Translations under genes and position numbers: made by a program
From: an uncultured Spirochaetales bacterium
GTDB lineage: Bacteria > Myxococcota_A > UBA9160 > SMWR01
DNA length: 64,000 nucleotides
Assembly: GCA_964437835.1 (NCBI GenBank)
Contig: CAYTJA010000466.1
Span: 6,019 to 70,018, forward strand
Reading direction: 5' to 3'
Shown: positions 24,908 through 34,800 of the stretch, in pieces
Layout: every line of letters begins with the position of its first letter
How positions within the stretch are numbered: the first letter of the stretch is position 1
The notes under the pieces: model-generated
Told to the model about the DNA's origin: nothing
Databases searched by the model: none
What the model saw: the letters and a program-made list of their open reading frames with translations, nothing else

Positions 24908-27301
24908 CTAGCCGCCCTTCATGGTCGCGATCCGCCAGACGCCGTCCTTGCGGGAGATTTCCGCGCGCATCTGGCGCGTCTCTCCATTGATCGTCTGGCG
25001 GAAGGTCGCGATCACGATCCCGTCCTGATGCTTCGCGTCGATCAGCTGGGTCTGGACGGCGGAGGCCGGATGCTCCGCGAAGTACGCCCCCATGCTGTCC
25101 CGCTGGATCTCGCTGAGGACCCGAACTCCCTGCATTTCCGCGAGGCTGCCCCTCTGATAGGCGTTCCGGTAGCGCTCCAGGACTTCCTCGGCGACGCGTC
25201 CTGCGTCGAGCTCGTCTTCCACGGAGACGCTGACGATCCGGCTGGTGGACTCGCTGCGGGCGTCGACGGCCTGGAACTCCAGGGTGTGAGGGCCGGAAGC
25301 GGCGGGCGCATAGCGGAACTCGAAATCGGGAGAGGAGGAGGTCGCAACCTCCTGCTGGTCGACGACGACCCGCAGCGATACCGGGCCCTGGGTGTTTCTC
25401 GCCAGCGCCCGGAAGCTCTGCGTGCTTCCCAGCTTCATTTTCTGTGTCGACGAGGCAGGCGTGAGCTCGAGCTCGAGCGCCTTCGCGACCAGGACAGCCG
25501 GTACCGGCGCGGAGACCGGCAGCACCGATGCACTCGTCACCACGGCCCCGGCAGGGGGCCGTGCAGACACGTCCGGGAGGCGCACCGATGTCGTCCCCAT
25601 CTCCAGGGCCGCGATGAAATACTCGCGCGCGCGGCGGAGCTGGGTTTCGGCCTGCTCGAAGGATTCCTCCTCTTGCAGGGTGCGAGACTCGGCGAGGGCG
25701 AGGCTCCCGGCTTCGACCTCCGCTCGGACCCGCGGATCTCTGGACACGAGCGAGCGACTCGAGCGCTCCGCGCTCTCTGCACTCAGCCATTGGGAGCTGA
25801 GGCGCGCGATCCACGCGGCGCGGACCTGCTCGAGCTGCTCCCGAGCCTGGCTGCCCGATGCTTCGATGCGATCGAGCCTGGCGACATCCGTCGCCGCCGC
25901 GGCGCACGCTGCATCGCCCGCAGCAGCCGCTCCGCTCGCCGGCGGCTGCAGCGTCTCTGCGACCGAGCGCTTCAGCTCCGCGAGACGTTCGGGGTAGAGC
26001 GCGCCCACGCCAGCGTGCTCCAGCTTGCGCAGTCCCGTATCCAGCCGTCCACGCGCGTCTTCGACGATCGGGTGCACCGAGCGCCTGGCCTCCTGGCACA
26101 CTTCAGCCAGGCCCTTTCGAATGCCAGCGAGCGCGGAGCCGAGCTCCGCGACCTGCCCTTCGGCGACCTGGGAGCGAGACGCTTCGAGTTCCGACTGGAG
26201 GTCGATCAGGCGCTGGCTCAGCTTTTCCACCAGCGTGGGGTCGGGGAGTAGCGGGGCGAGTCGCTGCACTTCGCCCACGACTCCGGAGGCCTGCTCCCAG
26301 TGGGCCCCTGCGGCGACCAGGCGTTGCTGATTCACGCGAGTCTGGTTCCAACGCCATGCCGTGGTCCCGCCGAAGGCAAGACTCAGAAACAGCCCGCCGG
26401 CGAGCAGGCTGAGATGGATCCGACGCCACAGGCTCCGGGCGGCGATCTCGGGAACGTGGCCCGAGCTCGATGGAAACGCTCGAGCCAGCGCCTCCTGCAT
26501 CTCCTTCGCGTCCTGATAGCGGTCACCCGGCTTCATGCGGGTGGCTTTCGCGATCAGCTTGCTGATTCGCGGGTCGAAGCCGTCTGGAAAGCTGAACTCG
26601 ACTTCGGCACCGGCTCTGTCCAGCCCGCCGAGATAGAACAGCACGGCGTGGTCCTTCTTGAGATCGATGCCTTCGACGGTCGCGTAGGCAGAATGTTCCG
26701 CCAGCGACCAGTAGAGCGAGAGTCCCATCGAGAAGACATCTGCCGACGCGAGCGCGCGTCTGCCACTCGCTTGCTCGGGCGAGATGTACAGAGCGGTTCC
26801 CATCACTTGGGTGCGGTCGTTGCTCGTGAGCTCGTCGCGCGATATGCCGAGATCGCTGACCAGCACCCGTCCGTCGTCACACAGCAGGATGTTCGCCGGC
26901 TTGATGTCGCGGTGGACGAGGTGCTTCCGATGCAGCTCGGCCAGGCCTTCGAGGGCCTCGCGGTAGATCCGAACCGCATCCTCGAGGGACAGCTGGCCTT
27001 CCGCATGGAGGTTCGAGCCCCGCACGAGCTCCATGGCATACCAATACAAGCCGGCCGCTTCGTCCTTCCCGCGGTCGTAGATCTGGACCAGGTTCTGATG
27101 CTTGAATTGCGATAGGCGCTTGGATTCAGCTTCGAATTCTCTCCACAGCTCCCCTGAGGCGAACTGAGGCTTCAGCACTTTTACAGCGCAGGGGCGATCC
27201 CATTTTTCGTCCCAGGCCTCGTAGACCCAAGCCATCCCGCCCTCTCCGAGGAGATCCTTGACCGGGAAGTTGGGAATCTTGGGAAACGAACCCGAATCCA
27301 T
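24908..27301 (-). CDS. receptor-type Ser/Thr protein kinase (Hanks-type) with TM and large extracytoplasmic region
   Basis: 797-aa ORF. GEGGMAWVY...AVKVLK, HRDIKPANILL, DLGISR, GTALYISPEQ motifs. TM helix LSLLAGGLFLSLAFGG. Long C-terminal region ending in an NTF2-like module. Confidence 0.9.
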   Translation of the reverse strand: MDSGSFPKIPNFPVKDLLGEGGMAWVYEAWDEKWDRPCAVKVLKPQFASGELWREFEAESKRLSQFKHQNLVQIYDRGKDEAAGLYWYAMELVRGSNLHAEGQLSLEDAVRIYREALEGLAELHRKHLVHRDIKPANILLCDDGRVLVSDLGISRDELTSNDRTQVMGTALYISPEQASGRRALASADVFSMGLSLYWSLAEHSAYATVEGIDLKKDHAVLFYLGGLDRAGAEVEFSFPDGFDPRISKLIAKATRMKPGDRYQDAKEMQEALARAFPSSSGHVPEIAARSLWRRIHLSLLAGGLFLSLAFGGTTAWRWNQTRVNQQRLVAAGAHWEQASGVVGEVQRLAPLLPDPTLVEKLSQRLIDLQSELEASRSQVAEGQVAELGSALAGIRKGLAEVCQEARRSVHPIVEDARGRLDTGLRKLEHAGVGALYPERLAELKRSVAETLQPPASGAAAAGDAACAAAATDVARLDRIEASGSQAREQLEQVRAAWIARLSSQWLSAESAERSSRSLVSRDPRVRAEVEAGSLALAESRTLQEEESFEQAETQLRRAREYFIAALEMGTTSVRLPDVSARPPAGAVVTSASVLPVSAPVPAVLVAKALELELTPASSTQKMKLGSTQSFRALARNTQGPVSLRVVVDQQEVATSSSPDFEFRYAPAASGPHTLEFQAVDARSESTSRIVSVSVEDELDAGRVAEEVLERYRNAYQRGSLAEMQGVRVLSEIQRDSMGAYFAEHPASAVQTQLIDAKHQDGIVIATFRQTINGETRQMRAEISRKDGVWRIATMKGG

Positions 27302-27574
27302 CGAAGTACCCGGAAGCGCCTGCTGCAGCGCCCTGCGCCACCGCCATCAGCGGCGACGCTAGCCAGGAATAGGGGCCTCCTCGCCACGATCAAAGTAACC
27401 CACGGCGAGGCCCGGCGGCGAGAAGAGTTCGAGGAACCCACCTCGATGCGTCCGCCGACATTCCGCTTCCATTCGCAGCGAGCGGGTGTCTAGAATCGCC
27501 GCGGCTGCGGGGACCGGTTAGGAGCATCGACCATCGGCCAGCGCGAAGCATCGCCCGGCGAAGCAAGGACTCGA

Positions 27575-29635
27575 TTGCGCCTCAGCACCACGGGGATCTA
27601 CTGCGTCGCCGCCGCATCGGCGCTGTTGCTGGCGAGCTGCAAAGGGAAAAGCAGCCCGCGCGGGGGCCCGGACTCCCTCTGCGATGGCGCGTGCCTGCAA
27701 CAGGCGCTTACGCAGAACGATGTCGAGCACGTGGTCGCGCAGGCCAGCATCGAGGCGCAGGCCCAGGGCCTGCCGGTCACGATCGCGGTAGTCGACCGCG
27801 TCGGAAATGTGCTCGCGGTGTTCCGCATGACGGGCGCGTCGACCACCGTGGAGATCTCGGCCGGCCGTTCGAGCGCAAACGGTTCGGGGCTCGCCGGCTT
27901 CGAAATCGAGACGACGCTGGCCGCGATCAGCAAGGCCGGCACTGCGGCCTATCTCTCCTCGCAGGGCAACGCCTTTTCCACCCGGACCGCGAGCCAGATC
28001 GTGCAGGAGAACTTCAACCCGGGGGAGCGCGTGCGCGCGGGTGGCCCACTCTTCGGCGTGCAGTTCTCGCAGCTTCCCTGCGGAGATTTCGTGCGGCGTT
28101 TCGAGAGGAATGGCCTGACCGAGGACGTCTCGCTCGGACCCAAGCGCATGCCGCTCGGCTTCTCGGCCGATCCGGGCGGACTTCCGCTCTACAAGAGCGG
28201 CGTGCCCGTCGGCGGCGTCGGGATCGAGCTCGGCACGAACGCGAGCGCGCCGGCCGAGCAGAGCTACCGAACCGATCCCGACGTGCTCGACCAGGACGTC
28301 CAGCGCGAGGAACGCATCGCGACTGCCGCGGCTGTGAGCTTTGCGGCGCCCGCGAACCGGCGCGCGAACGCGATCTCCGTCGACGGCCGCTTCCTGCGCT
28401 TTGCGGACGATGAGCGCGTCTCGACGCAGCCGATCCCACTCGCGACGCCCGTGACTCTCCCGCCCTCGCTCGGGGTACTCGTGGATGTCGACGGCTTCTT
28501 CGCCGGGGGCGGCGTCCTCGCGGGCACGGAATTGCTGACCCCGGCCTCCGGCATCGTCGCGAGCAGTGTGGACGGGATCGCGGCCGAGCTCGTGGTCAAA
28601 ACGGACGGCACGAATCGCTACCCCGCGATCGACTCGCTCGTGCCCACGCCGGCGGCGGGCGGCATGAGCACCGCCGAAGTCACCGCCGTGCTGCGCGAGG
28701 CATTGCGCGTCGCCGGCCGCTCGCGCGCGCAGATCCGCCGGCCCGCGGGCTCGTCGGTGCGCGTGAACATCTCCATCGTCGACACCGAAGGAACGGTGCT
28801 CGGCTTCGCGCGCACGCCCGACGCGCCGATCTTCGGCGCGGACGTCTCGCTGCAGAAAGCGCGCACGGCGGCGTTCCTGTCGCGGCTCGTGCCTACCTCC
28901 GCAGCCGACGATCTGATCGCGGCGCTCCCGCCACTGCCGGAAGTCACCGCGAAATTCGACACGCGCCCGGTTTCCGAATACCTGATCGCGGCCCAGACTT
29001 TCCTCGCGAAGCCCGATGTCCTCGACGACGGCACCGCGATCAGCGACCGCACGCTCGGCAACCTCGCGCGGCCTTTCTTCCCGGACGGCGTGAACGGCAA
29101 CCCGCCCGGCCCCTTTTCGCGCGTCTTCGAGCGCTGGAGCCCCTTCTCGACCGGGCTGCAGCTCGACGCCGGCCTGCAGGGCATCGCGGTTGCGCTGTGC
29201 CGGAGCTCGCGCGAGCTCCGCAGCCTCCTGTCGATGACCGCCGTCGGCATGTCTCTGATCCCCCCGATCGACCCCGACTTTCCGAACACCTGTCCGGCCG
29301 AGCCGATCGCCTGCACCGATGCGCTCGGCCTCGACCCCGCGCTGCGCGAGCTCGCGAACGGCCTGCAGATCTTTCCCGGCAGCGTGCCGATCTACCGCGG
29401 CTCGCAGCTCGTCGGCGCGATCGGGGTCTCGGGGGACGGCGTCGATCAGGACGACATGGTCGCGTTCCTCGGCCTGCACAACGCGGGCCAGCTGCTCGGC
29501 ACCGGGATCGGAAACGCCCCGATTGCGCAGCGCGCCGACCAGATCCAGGTCGGCGGCGTCAACCTGCGTTATGTGAGCTGTCCGCCGAGCCCCTTCCTCG
29601 ACAGCTCGGAGCAGAGCCCGTGCAAGGGACTGTGA
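27575..29635 (+). CDS. lipoprotein with two GlcG/HbpS-like (DUF336) putative haem-binding domains
   Basis: 686-aa ORF (TTG start). Lipobox LLLASC. Domain 1: VTIAVVDRVGNVLAVFRM...AISKAGTAAYLSS...GGLPLYKSGVPVGGVGI. Domain 2: VNISIVDTEGTVLGFARTPDAPIFGADVSLQKARTAAF...IYRGSQLVGAIGVSGDGVDQDDMVA. Confidence 0.7.
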   Translation: MRLSTTGIYCVAAASALLLASCKGKSSPRGGPDSLCDGACLQQALTQNDVEHVVAQASIEAQAQGLPVTIAVVDRVGNVLAVFRMTGASTTVEISAGRSSANGSGLAGFEIETTLAAISKAGTAAYLSSQGNAFSTRTASQIVQENFNPGERVRAGGPLFGVQFSQLPCGDFVRRFERNGLTEDVSLGPKRMPLGFSADPGGLPLYKSGVPVGGVGIELGTNASAPAEQSYRTDPDVLDQDVQREERIATAAAVSFAAPANRRANAISVDGRFLRFADDERVSTQPIPLATPVTLPPSLGVLVDVDGFFAGGGVLAGTELLTPASGIVASSVDGIAAELVVKTDGTNRYPAIDSLVPTPAAGGMSTAEVTAVLREALRVAGRSRAQIRRPAGSSVRVNISIVDTEGTVLGFARTPDAPIFGADVSLQKARTAAFLSRLVPTSAADDLIAALPPLPEVTAKFDTRPVSEYLIAAQTFLAKPDVLDDGTAISDRTLGNLARPFFPDGVNGNPPGPFSRVFERWSPFSTGLQLDAGLQGIAVALCRSSRELRSLLSMTAVGMSLIPPIDPDFPNTCPAEPIACTDALGLDPALRELANGLQIFPGSVPIYRGSQLVGAIGVSGDGVDQDDMVAFLGLHNAGQLLGTGIGNAPIAQRADQIQVGGVNLRYVSCPPSPFLDSSEQSPCKGL

Positions 29636-31824
29636 GCGGCCGCAGGCGCGCGCGCGTTTTCGCGCGGGTCGTGTGTGCTGCGCTGCCGCTGCTCGCGCCC
29701 GCGGCGCACGCCGCCGACGCTGCGCTGCTCGCGCTGCGTGTCGGCGAGCACCCGGGCTACACGCGCGTCGTGCTCGAGCTCGACGTCGCGGCGCCGCTGA
29801 GCCTCGAGGAGCAGACCCGCATCGGTGACGCCAGCGAGCTGACGCTGCTGCTCAGCGCGGTCGCCGCCGCCGCGCAGCGAGTTCCCGGGAGCGGCCTCGT
29901 CGAGAGCATCCGCGTCGAGCCGCTCGCAGACGCGACGCGCGTGCGCATCCAACTGCGCGAGGCCGGAGTCGAATGGAAGCGCTCCGAGCTTTCGGGACCG
30001 CCGCGCTGGGTGCTCGACTTCTCGACCGGCAGCGGTCTCAGCGATGCGGAGCCCGGCGCCGGCCCCGCGCCGACTGTTGCAGAGCCCCCGCTGCTGGCTC
30101 GAGCGGAGGAAGTGGACGCGACGCCCGTGCCGCCGCGTTCCCGCCTGCGCCGGCCCGGCGACCGCGCGACGCCGCAGCCCGCGGTCGCAGGGCGCTCCAG
30201 CGATCCGGAGATCGCGGCCCGCAGCGCCGCGCGCGAGCGGCTGCCGCTGCCGGACTACGACTTCGTCGCGGTCCCCGACCGCTGGCGCATCGTCGAGAAC
30301 ATCGGCGTGAACGAAAGATTCTGGGATCCCTATCACCAGAACACCCTCAAGGGCGACCGCCCGATCCTCGGTACGCATGACTGGTTCGTGAACCTGGCCG
30401 CGATCTCCGACACCGTCGTCGAGCCGCGCCGGCTGCCGACGCCGGTCGGCCTGCAGGCGGAGCGCAAAGCCGGGCGCAACGGAATCTTCGGTGCCGGCGA
30501 GCAGCTGCTCGTAGTGCAGAACCTGATCCTGTCGGCGTCGCTGATCCAGGGCAACACCGTGTTCCGCCCGCCGGACTGGGAGTTCCGCTTCACGGGCGTC
30601 GGCAACGTCAACTACGCCGAGGTCGAGACGCTCGGCGTGTTGAAGGCCGACCCGGCCAAGGGCAGGAGCCGCACGGACGGGCACTTCGGCCTGCAGGAGG
30701 CCTTCGTCGACCGCCACCTGCGCAACAAGTCCGAGCGCTACGACTTCGACAGCCTGCGGCTCGGCGTGCAGCCCTTCATCTCCGACTTCCGCGGCTTCCT
30801 GTTCCAGGACAGCCAGCTCGGCGCGCGCGTCTTCGGCACCGCAGCGAACAACCGCATCCAGTACAACCTCGCCTACTTCCAGCGCCTCGAGAAGGACACG
30901 AACTCGGGGCTGAACCGATTCGACGCGCTGCGTGAGGACGGCGTGCTGTTCGCGAACGCCTACTACCAGGATTTCCCGGTGCTCGGCTTCACGAGCCAGG
31001 CGATCGTCGCCTACAACTGGAATCGCGAGGCCGACGACCGCCATTACAACGACAACGACTTCCTCGAGCGGCCCGCCCCGATCGGCGACGCGCGCGGCCA
31101 CGACTACGACGTCGTGTATCTCGGGCTGAACGGCGATGGCCACATCGACCGACTCAATCTCACCTTCGCCGGCTACTACGCGGCCGGGCACGACTCGCAC
31201 CAGCCGCTCGCGGCGCACAGCGCTGCGATCTCGGCCTGGTTCACCGCGCTGGAGGGCTCGCTCGACTTCGACTGGGTTCGGCTCAAGGCCTTCGGCCTGT
31301 TCGCGAGCGGCGATGCGGACCCGGAAGACGACCTCGCGACCGGCTTCGACGCGATCTTCGAGAATCCGCAGTTCGCGGGCGCCGACACCAGCTTCTTCCA
31401 GCGGCAGGGCATCCCGCTGATCTTCGGCGGCGGCGTCGTGCTGGTGTCGCGCAACGCGCTGCTGCCTTCGCTGCGAACCTCGAAGGAGGAAGGCCAGTCG
31501 AACTTCGTGAATCCGGGGCTCGGGCTGCTGGGCGTCGGCGCAGACCTCGACATCCTGCCCGAGCTGCGCCTGGTGGCGAACGCGAGCTGGCTCACGTTCC
31601 ACGAGGTCGACTCGCTGCAGCTGCTGCGCAACCAGGCCGAGGTCGACCATGAAATCGGCTGGGACCTCTCGGCCGGCCTGATCTACCGCCCGCTCTTGAT
31701 CCAGAACGTCGCGTTCCGCGTGTCCGGAGCGGTGCTGCTGCCGGGCGCCGGGATGCGCGATCTCTTCGAGACGCACCCGTCGCCCTTCTACTCGGTGCTG
31801 CTGAATCTCACGCTCACGTACTGA
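29632..31824 (+). CDS. AMIN-domain protein fused to a large outer-membrane beta-barrel
   Basis: Track ORF 29197..31824 trimmed to GTG 29632 (GTGA overlap with the upstream stop). Signal peptide ...LLAPAAHA. AMIN-like ALRVGEHPGYTRVVLELD...RVRIQL...RWVLDF. About 550 aa of beta-strand-rich sequence ending ...LLNLTLTY. Confidence 0.7.
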   Translation: MSGRRRARVFARVVCAALPLLAPAAHAADAALLALRVGEHPGYTRVVLELDVAAPLSLEEQTRIGDASELTLLLSAVAAAAQRVPGSGLVESIRVEPLADATRVRIQLREAGVEWKRSELSGPPRWVLDFSTGSGLSDAEPGAGPAPTVAEPPLLARAEEVDATPVPPRSRLRRPGDRATPQPAVAGRSSDPEIAARSAARERLPLPDYDFVAVPDRWRIVENIGVNERFWDPYHQNTLKGDRPILGTHDWFVNLAAISDTVVEPRRLPTPVGLQAERKAGRNGIFGAGEQLLVVQNLILSASLIQGNTVFRPPDWEFRFTGVGNVNYAEVETLGVLKADPAKGRSRTDGHFGLQEAFVDRHLRNKSERYDFDSLRLGVQPFISDFRGFLFQDSQLGARVFGTAANNRIQYNLAYFQRLEKDTNSGLNRFDALREDGVLFANAYYQDFPVLGFTSQAIVAYNWNREADDRHYNDNDFLERPAPIGDARGHDYDVVYLGLNGDGHIDRLNLTFAGYYAAGHDSHQPLAAHSAAISAWFTALEGSLDFDWVRLKAFGLFASGDADPEDDLATGFDAIFENPQFAGADTSFFQRQGIPLIFGGGVVLVSRNALLPSLRTSKEEGQSNFVNPGLGLLGVGADLDILPELRLVANASWLTFHEVDSLQLLRNQAEVDHEIGWDLSAGLIYRPLLIQNVAFRVSGAVLLPGAGMRDLFETHPSPFYSVLLNLTLTY

Positions 31825-31837
31825 GGCCGATCCACAC

Positions 31838-34800
31838 ATGAAGCTCGCGTTTCCGCTCACGACCGCCCTCGCCGCCGCACTGCTCGCGGCGGTCGCGGCA
31901 GGCGCAGCCGAAGGAGAGGCGCCGCGCGAGATCGCCTATCCGAGCACCCCACCCGCGCCCGAGCACCAGGACAGCGCGCAAGCGGAGGCCAAGAGCGCGG
32001 GCTGCCGCAGCTGCCATACCCCGATGGACGAGGCGAGCATGCACGCGACGCCGGGCGTCGAGCTCGGCTGCAGCGACTGCCACGGCGGAAATGCCGAGAC
32101 CGCGCGCCCCGCGCAGAGTTTTCCGGGCGGCCGCGCCTACGAAGAGGCCAAGGCGCGCGCGCACGTGCAGCCGCGCTATCCGCACGCGTGGGGCCTCGAC
32201 GAGGAGGGGCGGCGTGTCGGCCCGCAGCCGGTGCGCGCCTACACGCTCTACAACCGCGAAGCACCGGAATTCATCCGCTTCGTGAACCCGGGCGACCTGC
32301 GCGTGGCCGAGGAAGCCTGCGGCGCGTGCCACGCGGAGATCGTGCAGGCGAACCGGCGCAGCCTGATGGCGACCGGCGCGATGCTCTGGGGAGGAGCCTC
32401 GTACAACAACGGGATTCTTCCCTTCAAGCGCTACGTGCTCGGCGAGGCCTACACGCGCGACGGTCAGCCGGCCGCGATCGAGAGCCGCTTCGAAATCAGC
32501 CCCGAGCTCGCGAAGCGCGGCGTGCTGCCGCGCTTCCTGCCGCTGCCCGCCTGGGAGACGATCCCTCCTATGGACAACTTCCGCGTCTTCGAGCGCGGCG
32601 GCAAGTTCAACGTTTCGCAGTTCCCGGAGATCGGTCTGCCCAAGTCGCAGGACGATCCCGGCAAGCCCGACATCCGCCAGAGCAACCGCGGCGAGGGCAC
32701 CGGCGCGCGCATCGCGGTGCCCGCGCTGAACATCCACAAGACGCGCCTCAACGATCCCTTGCTGTGGTTCCCCGGCACGAACGACAACCCCGGCGACTTC
32801 CGCGCCTCGGGCTGCAGCGGCTGCCACGTCGTCTACGCGAACGACCGCGAGCCGCTGCACTCGGGCCTCTACGCGGCCGCCGGGCACCAGGGCCAGTCCC
32901 AGAGCGCCGACCCGACGATCGCGGAGCGGCTGAACGCCAGCGGCCACAAGGAGTCCGGCCACCCGCTGAAGCACGCCTTCACGCGCGCAATTCCGACCGC
33001 GCAGTGCATGACCTGCCACATGCATCAGCCGAACATGTTCGTGAACTCCTACCTCGGCTACACGATGTGGGACTACGAGGCCGATGCGCCGCTGATGTGG
33101 CCGAAGCAGCAGGCCTACCCCTCCATCCCGGAGATGCACGAGCGCCTCGAGCGCAACCCCGAGGAGGCGAACATCCGTGGCCTCTGGGGAGACCCCGAAT
33201 TCCTCTCCCGCGTCTGGGACGACGTAAACCCGCAGGCGCGCGACACGCAGTTTGCCGACTATCACGGCCACGGCTGGAACTTCCGCGGCGTGTTCAAGCG
33301 CAACCGCAAGGGCGCGCTGCTCGACGCGAAGGGCGAGACGATCCCCGACGACCTGCCGCCCAAGCAGAAATGGCAGCGAGCGGTCCACCTGCGCGACATC
33401 CACGTCGAGTACGGGATGCAGTGCTCGGACTGCCACTTCGCACAGGACTCGCACGGCGACGGCTTCCTGAAAGGGGAGGTCGCGGCCGCGGTCGAGATCG
33501 GCTGCGCGGACTGCCACGGCACCAGCCGCGCGCGGCCGACGCTGCGCACATCGGGCCCCGCGGCACCGCCGGGCGGCAACGACCTCAGCTTCTTGCGCAA
33601 CGCGGATGGCGGCGCGCGCTTCGTCTGGCGCGGCGAGCGCTTGTACCAGCGCCTGGTCCTGCCGCCGCACACAGAGATCGAAGTCACGCAGGTGATCGAC
33701 ACCGTGACCAGGGGCCATCCGGCCTACAACGCCAAGGCCGCGCGCGCGAAGACCCTCGAGCGCGGGCCCGGCCAGCGCTGGGGCGAGGCGGCTTCGGGTT
33801 GCGAACGCGCGCACGACGACGAGAAGCTGGCCTGCTTCAGCTGCCACTCGTCGTGGGTCACGAGCTGCGGCGGCTGCCACCTGCCGATCCAGGCCAACTG
33901 GAAGACCGAGCGCCACCACTACGAGGGCGGCGAGACGCGCAACTTCGCGACCTACAACCCGCAGGTCGCGCGCGACGAGATGTTCCAGCTGGGCGTCCAC
34001 GGCGAGGCGAAAAACGGCATCATCGCGCCGGTGCGCTCGTCCTCGGCGCTGGTGCTCTCGTCGACCGACATCAACCGCAACCGCATCTACCAGCAGCAGC
34101 CGCCGGTCTCGGCCGGCGGTTTCAGCGCGCAGGCCTTTGCGCCGCACTTCCCGCACACGGTGCGCAAGACCGAGACCAAGACCTGCACGGACTGCCACGT
34201 CTCGCAGCGCAACGACAACAATGCGCTGATGGCGCAGCTGCTGCTGCTCGGCACGAACTTCGTGAACTTCACCGGCTACAACGCGTGGGTCGGAGGCGAG
34301 CGCCATCTCTCCGCGATCCAGGTCACCGAGTGGGACGAGCCGCAGGCCGTACTCGGGAGCTACCTGCACCGGTACGCCTATCCCGACTGGTTCGCGGAGC
34401 ACGAGGCGCGCGGCCGCGAACTCACGCGGCCGAGCCCGGGCGCACTCGACGCGGACCCCGGCTGGGTCGCCTCGCTGCGGCGCTTCTTCCAGGGGAGCTT
34501 CGGAGGCCACGCGATCTACGACGGAACCTACGGCCACGGCTCGGGCCCGGTCGGCTGCCTGCAGCTGCGCGGCGAGTACCTCTACGCGGCCGAGGGCCCG
34601 CGCGGCATGCAGGCCTACGACGTCGCGTCGGTCGCGAACAAGGGCTTCTCGGAGCGCGTGGTCACGGCGCCCTTCTCGCCGCTGGGCCAGAACCTGCGCG
34701 TGAAGTCACGCAACGCGACTTGCGTTGCGCTGCCGACGACCCAGCCGATCCGCCCCGAGCGCAACCGCCAGGTTCGCGAGGCGTTTCCCGAGAACCTCGA

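Noticed and set aside
27390-27435. Imperfect inverted repeat GGCCTCCTCGCC...GGCGAGGCC in the kinase/lipoprotein intergenic region
   Set aside because: The stem is bulged, the loop is 18 nt, and no T-tract follows. It lies between divergent starts, so a terminator role makes no sense, and there is too little evidence for an operator.
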